A DNA stretch of 64,000 nt. Origin: the human T2T-CHM13v2.0 reference genome, Homo sapiens. This document shows, piece by piece, positions 1 through 14,948 of this stretch. The notes under the pieces were generated by a model that saw only the letters and a list, made by a program, of their open reading frames with translations, searched no databases and was not told where the DNA came from. The stretch lies in NCBI RefSeq assembly GCF_009914755.1, contig NC_060935.1; one strand, 5' to 3'. The position numbers and the translations under genes are program-made. Position 1 is the stretch's first letter. Every line of letters starts with the position of its first letter.

Positions 1-908
1 ATTAATGCTTAACAGAGTTTTGCATGAATAAACAAAAAACAATGTGTAAAAGAAGATTTTCAGCTTGAGCTTGAAGGATGAGGTGATTTAGATTGGAGAG
101 TTGTGGGGCAGGATGCAGGTGATATTACATTCCAAAGAGGACAAGGTATCAGTAAACGGGAAGAGGCAGGAAATCTCATGGCATGGTGGGAGGTGATAAA
201 GTGACTTGTCCAAGGGCACATAGCTAGTCAGTGGTAGATCAGGGTCTTTTCCATTTTACCACATGATCTCATAAATAGGGCCACAGATGATGTTTGAGAT
301 GGCTTGAGTTTCAGAAAGATTATTTGGGTGGCTGTTTGTAAGGAATCCTGGAAAGTGAACTTGAGTTCCTGCCATGTGCCAGGTGCTGAGCTAGGATGCC
401 AAGTGCATGCACATAGGTCATTCTTGTAGAGAGCTAGGGTGTTGTCACATAGCTGAGGCAATAAAATAATTTAGGTCTTCGCGGAAGGTAAGAAGACTGT
501 AATCCTGCTGATAATGATGGCAAACAATCATATAGTGCTTAGTATTAAAATTCCCCAATATTTAACCTATACAGAAGAGCAATTTTCTATAGTTCAAACT
601 GATACATGCCAGGAATTATTATATATGCTTTTAAAAAGCACTCATTAAATCCTCACAGCAACTTAGTCAGAGAAGAAGTATTATTATTATCATTTTGTGG
701 CAAAGAAATTAAAGGACATTTCAAAAGATAGTTAGGACTATTTAACCAGAGCTCAAGAAAGAGGTTCCATCTACAGATAAAATTTAAAATGTCATGGGTA
801 TCAACAAAAGAGCTGAAGCATGAGGACAGATGAGATTACAATGGGTCTCAAAAAGAGCATGGACAGGATAGGTTTAGAAATGTCAGGGAAAGGTTGCACT
901 TTATTAGA

Positions 909-995
909 TGGGACATACTTATTCTAAAAAGTATCCAGTATTGATTTGAAATTTACATATGCTCTATATTTTAGTTTGCTAAGTATGGTAATCCT
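909..995. mobile_element. MER53-like palindromic DNA-transposon half
   Basis: gggacatacttattctaaaaa...tttgctaagtatggtaatcct resembles one arm of the MER53 consensus as recalled. Confidence 0.55.
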
Positions 996-1495
996 CCCTA
1001 TGTGAGTAAACAGCAATGTATTACTTGATAAAAATATGGAATCATTCCTATGTTGGGTAACTTGCCCAAGACTGACAGATATTCATTTGTTGTCAGAAGG
1101 TCCAGATTTTACCTCTCGCTCTGTCCCTTTCCATACCACATTTTTAAGTACTTTTTATCATACATTTATTGAAAGTGACCTTGAAAATATGTCTGTAAGA
1201 TAAAAGAAACTAACGCGCTCGTGTGCATATACTATACTGCACACCTGGAAGCATAGTAAGTTGATGAAGCCCGATTTGCGTCCAAGCCAAAAAATTATTT
1301 TATGTCTTTGGTGTTCAGCCTTTCACAACATTATATACATCAGACAGGATGATATTTTGAGATTTTAAAGGGAGGAGATTTGTCATGCAAGCTGGCAGAT
1401 GCGGCTGCTGAAGAATCTAAGTCTCCCAAATCTCCATTCCTATCTCTATCATGGGGAAAAAAAAATCACTCTCTCATTTGTTCGATCTATATACC

Positions 1496-1853
1496 TGTAT
1501 TAGTCCATTCTCATGCTGCTATGAAGAAATACCCAAGACTAGGTAATTTATAAAGAAAAGACGTTTAATTGACTGACAATTCCTCATGGCTGGGGAGGCC
1601 TCAGGAAACTTACAATCATGGCGGAAGGCATCTCTTCACAGGGTGGCAGGAGAAAGAATGAGTGTTGAGTGAAGGGGGAAACGCCTTATAAAACAGTCAG
1701 ATCTCGTTAGAACTCACTCACTACCACAAGAACAGCAGGGGGAAAACCGCCCCCGTGATTCAATTATCTTTACCCTGTCCCCCCTTGACAGGTGGAGATT
1801 ATGGGAACTACAATTCAAGATGAGATTTGGGTTGGGACACAGACAAACCATCA
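1496..1853 (-). mobile_element. THE1 (THE1C-like) MaLR solo LTR
   Basis: tgtattagtccattctcatgctgct...gagatttgggttgggacacagacaaaccatca, with TG...CA termini and a perfect 5-bp TSD ATACC (1491-1495 / 1854-1858). Confidence 0.93.
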
Positions 1854-2782
1854 ATACCCTTTACGCTTATTCTGTTCTAGCTCTGTAAACCGCTGGAGAG
1901 TCAGGGATAGGCAAGCTAAAGACTTTAAGAGCTAACAATCTGATAGGGATAGATAAGCCTTATAGGGTTGCATGAAAATCAATTACAATTATGAATATGT
2001 TTTGTCAAATGTAAGAGACTGCACAAATATAATTCTTTTGTAAATTTTCAGTACCTTCCTATATGATCTTATTTTTTACAAACTTTTCCTTATCCTACTT
2101 TTTGTATAGGACAACCTTCTATAGCATACATGTATCCAGATTATCTTGGATCCTTGATGTTATTACTTACATGGAATAAAGTTTAAACTTTCTTGGGTGG
2201 CAGAAAAAGCCACTCATAAACGGAACTAATCTTTATTTTTAGACTCAGCTGCTATCCTGCCTTTGAACTGGCTTCTGCCTTTCCCTCCTATTCCATTCTT
2301 AATGAGATCCTTTTCATTCTTTAAAGCCCATTTCAATTGTCTTCTAACCTATAAACCCCTTCCTCAGTCCTTCTAGTAAAAAGTAATTGATTCTCTCACA
2401 CTTCTTCTACATACCATGCTATTGCATTTTATACAGCATTATAATAATATCTTTATGTATCTTTCTTTCTCAGTATACTAAAAACACTTTATAAGTGTAG
2501 CACATATTTTAATACCCAAGGAACTATTACAGAGGCTGGCTCAAAACATTTTTCAATTAATGTTCCCTGAATTTACTAGAGTTAGATCTACATATGTATA
2601 CTACTACAAACATATGCATATAATAAGTTCAAATAAGTAGGCAAATTATACTTAATAAATTATATACATATTTGTGTGCAAGTATCTGTAAATATTTTAT
2701 AAGCATATGTGATATATATTCTATAACATAATACACGCTGGGGAAATATATGTTGAATTGAATGCATGAGAATATCTTGATC

Positions 2783-3025
2783 ACAGTTAACATTTTTTGA
2801 CTATGCCCTATGTACCGAACTCTTTGCTAAGCGCTTCACATGAATTCTCATTTCCTTGGCATACCGACGAACCCTAAGATAGGTACTCTCCTTATCCTAT
2901 ATTTGCAAAGAAGGAAACCTAGACTTAAAATCATGAAGTAAATTGCCCATAATTCTGTATTTATTGAGTCAGATATTTGAATTTTAAATCTAAATGTATC
3001 TGACTCTAAAGTTTTTGTTCTTTCT
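2783..3025 (-). mobile_element. MIR SINE, near full length
   Basis: MIR motifs aacattttttgactatg...tgctaagcgcttcacatg...gaggaaac-like core...tctgactctaaag. Confidence 0.75.
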
Positions 3026-3960
3026 AGTAATATTCCGTGGATAGATTCATACATACATATATACACACATAGATAGTACATAGAGCAAGCTATGGAGACA
3101 TGTCCATATGCCACATACAATAGAGTTATAGGTCTGTATACATATAATATCAACTCTTGTCTTTTGAATATGAACATAATGAGAGCATATACAATTATAC
3201 AAAATACACATATGTGGTATATATTTTACATTTATATAGAATAAACATTCGTTTTTCTCTGACAAGTACATGCTTTGTTCACAGACCTCATATTTTGCTA
3301 TGATAAAATAGACTGGGTGAATCAATCAGCAAATATGTATATGCAATTTCTAATATATTTTCTACATATATATATATATAACTTTATTTATCTTTTTAAA
3401 GGCTGCACATAGAAGATATAAAATGGATTTTCCAGGTTAAAAAATCTATAGCAACTCTCCATCAGTATGCTTGCTAGCCACAGCTGCCATCCCCATGTGG
3501 TGGAGAGGTGTGGACCACCATCAGCAAGTGTTAATTTGTCAGTCTAGTTGGGACAAGTATACTATTATAAAGCTTTGTTCTCTGGAAATATATACAATCA
3601 CAGCTGGAATTCAGGCACTTGCTGTCACCACAAAAGAAAGGATTTGCAACAAAAGTGTCTTTGTGGTTTTGGTTCTTTTTATGCTGCCCCTTGCTTTTTT
3701 CCTCAGCCTGTGAGTCAGTTACACTTGTATCTATTCTTTCAGATCTGCTTCCTTAGCAAGGTATATATGCTAACATAGTACTTTCTACTCCTCAATCTCC
3801 TTTGCCCTCTTTGCATTTAAGTAAGACTTTTAAAATTCCAGGATCCCTCTGAAGCAAGAAAAAAATCACTGCTGCCCTTTCCCCAGAAGGGCTGCCAAGT
3901 CCAAAGAACATGAAGTGTAATCAGGATTTTGCTACTTGCTATTGGGTGACCTGGGCAAGT

Positions 3961-4066
3961 CCTTCCCTTCCTCCCTCCCTCCCTCCCTTCCTCTCTGTTT
4001 TTTCTTTCCTTTCCTTTTCTTTTTTCTTTCTCTCTCTTTCTTCTTTCTTTCTTCCTTGTTTCTTTT

Positions 4067-4127
<61 letters not shown>

Positions 4128-4210
4128 TCTTTCTTTCCTTCCTTCCTTCTCTTTCTTTATCTCTCTCTCTCTTTCTCTTTCCTTTCTTTTCCTTTTTTTT
4201 TTCCTTTTCA
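3961..4210. repeat. (CCTT/CCCT/CTTT/CT)n polypyrimidine compound microsatellite derived from an Alu tail
   Basis: About 250 bp that is almost purely C/T on the + strand, including a long pure (CTTT)n run; abuts a minus-strand Alu. Confidence 0.95.
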
Positions 4211-4212
4211 TT

Positions 4213-4458
4213 TACAACAGCCTCAACCCCCTTCCCCCCGTCCCCCAAGGCTCAAGCAACCTTCTTGCCTCAGTCTCCCAAGTAAATGGGACTACAGGCA
4301 CACATCTCCATGCCTGGCTAATTCTTTAAAAAATTTTGTAGAGATGCGGTCTCACTATGTTGCCCAGGCTTATCTCAAACACCTAAGCTCAAGTGATCCT
4401 CCTGCCTCAGCCTTCCAAAGTGCTGGGATTATAAACATGGGCCACCACTCCCCACCTA
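4213..4458 (-). mobile_element. AluJ-type SINE inserted into a MIR
   Basis: ggctcaagtgatcctcctgcctcagcc and tctcactatgttgcccaggct are AluJ-type motifs; MIR sequence on both sides (3930-3960 and 4460-4600). Confidence 0.85.
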
Positions 4459-4994
4459 AGCAAGTTTCTGACTCCCTATGTGCCTCAGTTTTCCATCCCC
4501 AAAATGGAAATCATAGCACTTACATGTTGGGCTTTCTATGAGGATTACAGGAGATTGTTTATATCTGAATCATGAAACAAGTACAATGTGTTCTAGATAA
4601 CTCAGTAAAGTGAAAGGAATAAATTAAAGCAGCAACAGTGAAGAGACTAGAAAGGACTGTCAGTGGGTAGATTCCACAAACTGTAGGATCAGGGAGCATG
4701 GGTGAACCTCTGCTGGTGAACATAACAAACTAGGGGGGAGAACAAAGTACTGGGAAGTGGACCACTATGAAAGAGTGGATTGCCTGAAAGAGCTGAAAAA
4801 GGCAGTTGTAAAGCATGTAAAACAGCAGTAGTCCAAATTAGAATTAGAAATCCAAAAATATGTTTTCAAAAAGTTGAAACAAATAGAGTCCAAGCAACAC
4901 AATGACTGAAGAGTTAGATAATGTTAGTGACGTGGTAAATTAGGCAAATGCTCCTTCCACTGAAAAATAATTAAAAACTTCTATACAATGTTAT

Positions 4995-5215
4995 AATAAA
5001 AGACATTTATGCAGTGTTTACTATGTGTCCAACTATGTGAAGTCCTTTGTACACATTTCATCTAACCCTCCTGACAATACTACATATTTGGGCTGCTCCT
5101 GCCCACATTTAAAATATGAAGAAGCTGAAGCACAGAGTTCCTCAAGGGCACGAAGTTAACCTCACGGTCAGGACAAGAACCCATTGTAATTCACCCCAGA
5201 GCCCACAGTCTACAT
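4995..5215 (-). mobile_element. MIR SINE
   Basis: acatttatgcagtgtttactatgtgtcc...atgaagaagctgaagcacagag. Confidence 0.75.
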
Positions 5216-6509
5216 CCCAGTGGTGTATTTCTCCCACAAAGGACATGAGTTACAGTTGAAGCAGATGCAATATGTCATGATTTTTAGCTATTGGTGGAAG
5301 ATAATAAAAGATAAACCTTTGACCGAGATAGGAAGAACTTTTTTTAAGTGGCAAAAGCAGAGTAATAGTCAACGGAAAAAGAAGAAAATAAAATGAAAGC
5401 ACAACTACTCGGCTTGACAGTGAGGGACGTTTATGTTGTCAAATAAGAAATGTTTATTGGTTTTTATTTTTTATGTCAATATAAGGACACAAGATAGAAA
5501 ATACAAATGTGTTTACCAAGATACAGATGTCTTCAGCCTTGATGGCTTAAAAGAAAAGGCACTGCTCCCAGAAGACTAGAGGAAGCTAGAAGGTGAGGAT
5601 GAGGGATGAGGTACATACATCGATGGAGATTCATGAGATGCTATTTAAAGCTAAATAAACAAGAAGGAAAGTTGAATTGTTCTATTTATGTAAAGACAAA
5701 CACTATGCAAAAAATTTTTCTTGTAAAAATTAAGTGGGATAATAGAGTTATGAAAATTTGGCTAGTCTTCTCACAGAAAAAACTGATAGATGTAATTAAA
5801 TTAAATCAAGAAAAGCCTGTATAATTGTATCAATTTAGATTCAGAATTGTAATTAGCAGACTTCTTGAAGTAAACCAGGGTCAGGGAGAAAGCACAGATA
5901 GCAGTGGGGCCAGAGCACTCTTACTTTCCTGTATAAGCTTCACAGCATTCATGTGTGTGCGTTTGTGTAAGAGAGTGAGTGTATGTGTATATCCACACTT
6001 ATAGACATACATATCCCACAGCTATATTTCTCCTCGTAACGACAGCCAGGAATGAGAGTCCCTTAAGCAAACTGGACATTCCCTGCAGGGTTTAAAAAAA
6101 TCCCCAGGTGAAAATTATCATCATCAAAGGCTATGGATCCTTCCTAGGAGCTGACACCAACCTACTAGTGGATTAAAAGAATTAACAAGTGCCTTGCCAA
6201 TTCACACTGGATACTATTTCTCTGTAAGGTCCCCTCCCCTCCCCTCCCCTTCCCACCCTTCCCTTCTCTTCCCTCACCTCCTTCCTTTTTTCTTTTCCCA
6301 CTCCTTCTCTTTCTCCCTCTGTTTTTTTCTCTCTCTTCTTTCAACTCCAGTGTATTCCTATATATCCTACCAATGCTTCTTCCGTTTTAGCATCATGAGT
6401 ATTTACAGTCCAAATTAGAAAAACAACCAGCTTCACTTTGCCAAAAGTCTAAGATGTTAGGAGCTACTACTCTTGACAAAATGAGAGTTTGCCAGCCATC
6501 TTTCATAGC

Positions 6510-6850
6510 TGGGTTTAAAACCTATTCTTCCACTTCCTCCTTTGTGTAGTCTTAAGTGAATACACCTCATTGTCTCAGTTTCCACGTCTGTAAAATGGAA
6601 GTATTAATACCTCAAACTATTATTGAGAGATTAAATGTGTCAATACTGTTCACCACAGGACACTCACGTGGTGCTAGGCATAATACCCTATGTGCAATAT
6701 CTTACTACAGCCATCACAATAGCTTCACAAAGACCCCTGTGTGATGGATATTACCATCCATTCTATGGATGAGTCTATGGAAGCTCATAATAGTTAAGGA
6801 ACAGTTCTAAGTAGCCAAATCTGAATTTGAACCCAGGCCTTTTTGCGTGA
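6510..6850. mobile_element. Two MIR fragments in opposite (tail-to-tail) orientation
   Basis: + MIR core ctcagtttccacgtctgtaaaatgg (about 6575), then - MIR ...atgagtctatggaagctca...atttgaacccagg (about 6660-6840). Confidence 0.65.
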
Positions 6851-7329
6851 TTGCTCCCACCACACTATTTATGCTATTTCACTTTGCAGAGGGGACATCC
6901 AGGTATAATGCCATGGTACCACCTCCCTCCACTGAACCCAAGCTCAGTTCTGCCCATGGGAAAGTGATGGAGTGACTATTCAGAATCTCATAGTTATGGC
7001 CTGTAGACAGCTAAGTTCATTCAGAAAACACAATAAAACTCCACCAATAGTGCTCTTCTGACTGAAGACAAGAAGTTAACCAGAAAGTAGTGGCTTTGAC
7101 ACAAATCTTCTCAGCTGTGGCAAATTATGAACTTGATTAGATTTTATTTAAAATTCTCATTTCCACTGATAGGATTTTTCCTAAGACTATAATATTTTTA
7201 TCTCTAGCCAAACAACACAGAAGAAAGAAAATATATGGTAGGGAAATTATAGGCTTTTAACTTTGTCAGGAGATTCCTGAGTTATCCACAAATCCTCCCC
7301 CTTTCTCCACTCATCCACTTAGCCTTAAA

Positions 7330-8057
7330 AGTTGCTCCTCCTCTGTTCTGAACCTTTCCAGAATCTATGATCTTCTCACACACGCAGAGTAATTGTTCAG
7401 TTCTCCAAACAAACTGCAGCTACTATGTGCCTCTCCCTGTCTCTCACTCAAGCCTCTTCAGTTCATTTGTTATTGACGCTCAAGTGAGTTTTCTAAAAGG
7501 CAAACCTGACCATATCACTCCTCTGCGTGCAAGCCCTTGACAGGTCCAGTTGCTAATATCATTTAAAGCAAATTTCTTACGATGGCGGAAGAGAACTCCG
7601 GGTTTTGTCTTCAACATATTTTTTTCGGCCTACTTCACACTTCTAACCTTAACGTACAACATATAAACAGTATTCAACTACATGTGGTTCCCAGGACATG
7701 TGAGGTGGTTTCACATCTTCATCACTTGGCACATACTCCAATTTCCCTGGAATATATAGTTCACTTTGCTCAGCTTTGCATACTGTTATTCATGTTTCAT
7801 CATCTATCTTAAATACCACTCATGTAACTTTCCCAGAAGAATCACACAATATTTCCTTTATGTGAGTATCTCACTTGGTCTTATAGCACTTACAGTAATT
7901 ATTCATTGTAATTATTTGCTTGCACATTTATTACTCCGAGGAGAGTGAACTCCTTGGGACAGAGATAATATCTTAGGTATTTTTGTACCCCTGACACCTA
8001 GGACAGGGTCAAGCACAGACTAGATCTCACCAGTAAATATCTTGGGCATGAATAAAT
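7330..8057 (+). mobile_element. L2 LINE 3' fragment
   Basis: tttctaaaaggcaaacctgaccatatcactcctctg and a 3' end gtgaactccttgggacagag...cacctaggacagg...atgaataaat. Confidence 0.75.
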
Positions 8058-8422
8058 ATTTAGGAGTAGGAAATTATGTCTGACATATGGTCAGATTATT
8101 GATTATGTGTGTGTAATGTATCAGATTATGTGATAAGCATTGGGATAGAACTTTGAACCAGACAACCATAATCTCAAATTTCACTGAGCTCACTTATATG
8201 CTAAAACTCTCATGAAAGTGCACACATCAAGAATCACCCTTCAGATGATAGTTTAGGTAAATTTACAGAAGCAACAGATCAGAAGTAAATACATAACAGA
8301 ACAAATTTTACCCTATGTTACAATATTTTCCCCTATTTATAAAGTAGTACAGGCACAATATAAACAACCTATATATCTGCTGCTCTCTAGAAGATCCAGA
8401 GTGGCTTTAAAAGTTTTATTTC

Positions 8423-8730
<308 letters not shown>

Positions 8731-9926
8731 TTATTTCTTAACTTGGGTGGTGGTTACAAGGATATTCACCTTGTGATAATTCATTAAGCTGTACATTAGG
8801 TCTGCTTTTTAAAAATATCTGTGATATCTATTTACACTAACATATTAAAAAATGAAAGGGAAAATTTTTTAAAAGCACAAACAAAAACAAAAATCCCCAA
8901 ATTGTGAGTGGTTAATTACATTAAATATTTTACAGAAGACAAATAGTAGAAAATAAATCAAAATATAAAAACAAACTTACAGAGGTGCCTCCAACCATTT
9001 TCATGTCTGGAGGCACATGATAACCTTTACAAGCACATGGAGATGAAAAGATAGTACTATAGTCTGGAGTTCCAGTCCTACCCATGCTGCCCAGCTGACC
9101 AAGGACAGAGGGCTAATTCCTTAAACCACCTTTGAAACATTGGTGACACAGTAGTTAAAGCTATTTCTTCATGAGACCAAGGGCCAGGCAAGAAATAAAG
9201 TCTGGGATTGCCAGCTGGGGGGAACTTTCACTAATCGTGTGACTTTTCTTTTTTTTTCTTTATTTTTTTTTTCTGTAGAGGCAAGTGTAGAAATACTGTT
9301 CTTATTCAGAACCACAAGGCACATCCTTCTGCTGAGCAATCAAAACTCAGGCTCATTTCCATTTCAAACTGTTTCTTTATTCCTTGAATTTGCCCTGTCT
9401 GATTTTCTAAGAGTCTTGTATTTCTTATTATTCAAATAATTTGGCAGCAGATACAAGTAGAATTCTGCACTGGTTGCTAGTAAGGGACTAGAATTGAAAA
9501 GAGAGGCTGCGGAATTAGAGAGAGGATAAAGAAGCATCAAAAAATGGGCTCATGAGTAAAAGGTTTCAGAGAAGATGGAGTTAAGAGACCAGATGAAGAT
9601 TTTTAAGAAATAAATAACAAAGAATAGAGAGTAACAAGAGTGAAGAAAGGAGGGAGGAAGAAGGAGAGAGAGCAGGAGAGGGAAGGAAGAAAAGAAATGA
9701 AAAGTTAAGAAAACAGTGCAAAGACTGTTTCTCTACAACTGTAGGGATGTTGATAGTCCAGCTCCAGAGGATGATACAGATGTGGGTTCACATTCCAGCT
9801 TTTCCATTTGCTGCTTCTGTTACCTTGGAAAAATTACTCAATCTGTCTAATCCTTGGTTTCCATCTGAAGATTGGATATAGCTATAATATTTTACTATAT
9901 TTTTGTTGATACTAAAAGTAATGGCA

Positions 9927-10218
9927 GCCAGGCACGGTGGCTCACAACTGTAATCCCAGCAATTTAGGAGGTTGAGACAGGTGCATCACTTGAGGCCAGG
10001 ATTTTGAGACCAGCCTGGCCAACACGGTGAAACCACATCTCTACTAAAAATACAAAACTTTTTGGACTACAAAACCCAGCTACTTGGGAGGCTGAGGCAA
10101 GAGAATCACTTGAAGCTGGGAGGCAGAGGGTGCAGTGAGCAGAGATTGGGCCTGAGTGACTGAGCAAGAATCTGTCTCAAAAACAAACAAACAAACAAAA
10201 AATAAATAAATAAATGAA
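9927..10218 (+). mobile_element. AluS with two internal deletions, inserted in a MIR
   Basis: TSD TAAAAGTAATGGCA (9913-9926 / 10219-10232); (CAAA)n(TAAA)n tail; MIR at 9775-9910. Confidence 0.92.
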
Positions 10219-10849
10219 TAAAAGTAATGGCATGTGTACAAGGCTTAATCCAGTACATTTAAGACATGTCCGTTCCTTTTACTTTATTTCCTCATTAAAA
10301 ATATTGACAAGAACCTAACTTATAGCAATTACTCAAAAAATGTATAAATAATGAGATAAGTGAATGAATAAAAAAGATGAATGTATATATGCAGGAATCC
10401 AAAAGTATAATCTTAGTTGACTATTCGGCTCATTTAAAGGAGTGAGAAGAAGATGGAAAACCCCAATGTCTAGATGTCTTTCTTTTTCAGGCCTATACAA
10501 AGCACAGGGAGAGCATGGACTAATATATCTCAGCTATAATTGAGTTTAGCCAGATGTACCAGCTGTCTTCTCTCATCTTCCCCTGGGGCTACAGCTTTTA
10601 TCAAGTGATTAGAGTTTGACTGAGTTCGTTTCTTTCAAGTCATGGATAAGAAAGCCAGGGTTTTGAAAGGTGATGGAAGGCTTTTATGGTAAGTTGCACT
10701 GGGTCCCAAAAACACTCCCCTTTAAGTGTGGACTGTTTCCTCTCATACCAGTGGATGAAGCCAAATAGTGTCTTTTTCTAAAAGTGTTGGTATCTATAGA
10801 GCTATATTTAGAAGAAACCATATAAGTTATCTAGAATTCCAGGCAAATA

Positions 10850-11722
10850 TTTAATCTTGACATCCTGTTAGAACCACCTGAGTAACTTTCTAGACGATAC
10901 TTATACTTAAGTCATAGCTACCCTTTTACCTTCAATAATTGAATTAAAATTTCTGAGGGTTTGGCTTACGCATAAGTATTTTAATAGATTACTAAGTGAT
11001 TTTCTAAACTTTTTACATAAACTTCTTTAGCCACACACAAAAATGGACTGAATACTAGAATATCTCTTTACTTAGCTTCGACAGTTGTTGACATTTTACC
11101 AGTCTTGTTCATCTCTCACTACATTTTAAAAAAATGCTATTTTAAACCAAATCTAAGGAATGATATAAATGAACACGAGTATTTCAGTATGTATCACTTA
11201 CTGAAAATGAATTCTTTTTTTTTTTTTTTTTTGCTTCTTATGTCTCTTTTATTTATTTTTTCTCATCAGCTTTTATGTTCAAGGGGTGCTTTTGCCATGA
11301 GTAAATTGCACATGGTGGGGGTTTGATATACAGATAATTTTGTTATCCAGTTAATGAGCATAATACCCAATAGTTAGTTTTTTCAATCCTTACCCTCCTC
11401 GCACCCTCCACCCGTAAGGGGGCCCTGGTGGTTTTTTTTCCTTTCTTTGTGTCCATGTGTGCTCAATGCTTAGCTCCACTTATAAATGAGAACACGTCGT
11501 ATTTGGCTTTCTGTTTCTGCTTAATTTGCTTAGGAAAATGGCCTTCAGCTTCATCCATGTTGTTGTAAAGACATAATCTCATTCTTTTTTATGGCTGCAT
11601 AGTATTTCATCGTATATATGTACCACATTTTTTAAGGTGTAGTTATCATGCCATGTACAATTTTACAAAATTAACAATAGTGATAAGGTGATTCCAACAC
11701 ACAGCCAAGTTTGAGATACACA
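10850..11722. mobile_element. Nested stack: MER5-type DNA element interrupted by an L1MC-type 3' end, itself interrupted by an L1PA15/16-like 3' end
   Basis: MER5 motifs agaaccacctgag...taagtgatt resume as aggtgattcc...aagtttgaga at 11686-11722; L1MC-like gtatttcagtatgtatc (11003-11210) resumes as aaaattaacaatagt (11635-11683). Confidence 0.6.
11215..11633 (-). mobile_element. L1PA15/16-like 3' end (5' truncated)
   Basis: Poly(T), then ctccacttataaatgagaac and ttttatggctgcatagtatttcatcgtatatatgtaccacatttt, typical of an antisense L1P 3' UTR. Confidence 0.88.
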
Positions 11723-13459
11723 GCTTGAGCCTAGCCTTCTCATTTTATTGATGAAGCACTGAGACCCTGAGAAGTCAGTCAAGTGATATGATGTAGGTGA
11801 TACATCTAGAATTCGTATTTAGGTTTCCCAACTCAAGACTTCATTGCTGAAGAAATAGCAGCAATCCAAGGAGGAAAAAAGTGCTCAAATGATTTTAAAG
11901 TTAGAACAAGGGTATCAAGAATATCCTAACAAGGGGCGTACCAAAGAAAATGGCAAGGATGGGAATATCATAAAATGTGTATCAGGGCAGGGTCATAAGG
12001 TGTAAATGAGACTTCTATTTGAACCCTGTCCTACCCTCTACCTCAAATCATATAATCTTACAATGTTTTCTTAACTACCCTGATCATCAGTTTCCTTATC
12101 TGTGTAGTGGACATAATATTTGGCTTCATTTCGTGCTTTGAAGATAACATGTGATTAGTGGAACATGATATGCACTTAATAACATTTAGGATGTGTGCTG
12201 TGGCTCCAAGCAGGGCAGCGTACCTGGATGAAAATCTAGGCCTCTGTTGAATACTCCCAGTCTCTTTTTTACCACTGCTCAATAAGTTGTTTGGCTATTG
12301 CTCCCAGGATAAAATAAAAATTAGATAACAGAATATTTGTCAAAAGTGTTTTTCTAAAATGCACCTTCAATCTAAAAATAAACTACGAAGAAGTGTGAAG
12401 ATACCTTGGAGAAGATGGAGTATTGAGGATTTTTTTGTTATGCAGTCAGTAACTGAGGCAAAAGTCAGATTCCAAAAATGAAATAAGATTCCAGAATTTC
12501 TAGTTGAAATAACCAAACACAAATATTGCTAATAGCTGTGTATTAGCACACATATTAAAATGCTAGCTTGGATTTGGCCATTGAATGCAACCATTTGCTT
12601 ACTGAAGATCAATCTTTAGTCTTAGCTTTGTTTATTATCAGTCTTGGTGTAGTAATTGTATTAGGAAAATTATATAACCTCTCCAAATTTCAGTTTTCTC
12701 ATATGCAATTAGAACAGTGATAACCATCACATAACTAACTCTAAGGTTTTTTAAAGACCATGCATATTAAGTGCTTGGCACAGTAACTTCTCTTTTGTAA
12801 GCATCTAGTAATCAGTAATTATCACTATTATTTAGACACTATGTCCTTTATGGACATAGTGACTTCTAAGTTGAGTACCTGACATAACTCAAAGTCTAAT
12901 GGAAAGATCATAGCACTGGGAGCTCATAGTCTTATCTCTGACACTAGCTTGCCTGTGATCATAGTGGCACCAGTTGCTTCTAACACAGTTTCAGCATCTC
13001 TCAGGACAGAAAGATTGTTTTTGCTTTGCAGACCTCACTGGACGAGAGAGATAACAGTTGTAAAGTACAGTTCAAATACAAGATATAATCAACAACAGAG
13101 CATATGCAATTAAATGATTTAGAGCTGTAGAATTAGAAGAAAATTTCAAAATCATTTCCACAGATCTTTTCTTTTGTCCAAGAGGGCTCATCCCTCTTGT
13201 CTTTTCATAGTTTAAGGCTCATAAGGATAGGTGCTGCTTCTGTTAGATGCCCTCCTGGCTATTGTTCTCTTTTCACTATATCCAGCCTCTGCCAGGTTCT
13301 ACCAGGGGTTTCTTCTTTTTCAGGATCATTCCATAATGGTCTGTGCAAATTAAGTGTAATATGTTAGCGACATGACATAATTGATTTATGTGTTCATCTC
13401 TCTTGTCTAACAGGTACAAGCCCTTAGAGGGTAGGAATAGTAATATGAAGATACGATGT

Positions 13460-13681
13460 CATGTAGCATTTAACAACTCGAGCTCTCTAGCCAGATTGTT
13501 TAGGTTCAAATCCTAGCTCCACCATTTTATATTCTCTAGGCCCTAGTTTCCTCACCTGAAAATAGGAATAATAAGAGTCCTACCCCATAGGGTTCTTGTG
13601 AGAATTTGATAGTTTAATATGAATGTAAAGCATGTGAAACTGTGGCTGATGTAGTAGACTGCTTTACAAAGATTAGCTTTT
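13460..13681 (+). mobile_element. MIR SINE
   Basis: ggttcaaatcctagctcc...ctagtttcctcacctgaaaatagg...ttagcttt. Confidence 0.75.
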
Positions 13682-14700
<1,019 letters not shown>

Positions 14701-14948
14701 AACCCCAAAAGTATAGGCAACAAAACCATAAATAGACAAATAGCATCAAATTAAAAGGCTTCTGCGCAGAAAAAAAAAAAGTGAAGAGACAACTCAGAGA
14801 AAGGGAGAAAATATTTGTAAGTCATACATCTGATAAGGGCTTAAAAGCCAAAATATATAAAGAACTCAAAACAACTCAATAGCAAGAAAACATACAACCC
14901 AATTAAAATATGGGCAAAGGACCCGTACAGACTCTTCTCAAATGAAAG
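14701..14948 (+). mobile_element. L1 ORF2 3' segment in inverted orientation (5' inversion of the adjacent L1MA)
   Basis: gggagaaaatatttg...catctgataaggg...aactcaatagcaagaaaac...tgggcaaaggac is sense L1 ORF2 sequence lying upstream, in L1 coordinates, of the adjacent antisense piece. Confidence 0.85.

Noticed and set aside
3817-4541. Longest ORFs in the track (143, 139 and 201 aa; K/E/R-rich or F/L/S-rich)
   Set aside because: They are translations of the CTTT microsatellite plus an Alu; low-complexity repeats simply lack stop codons.
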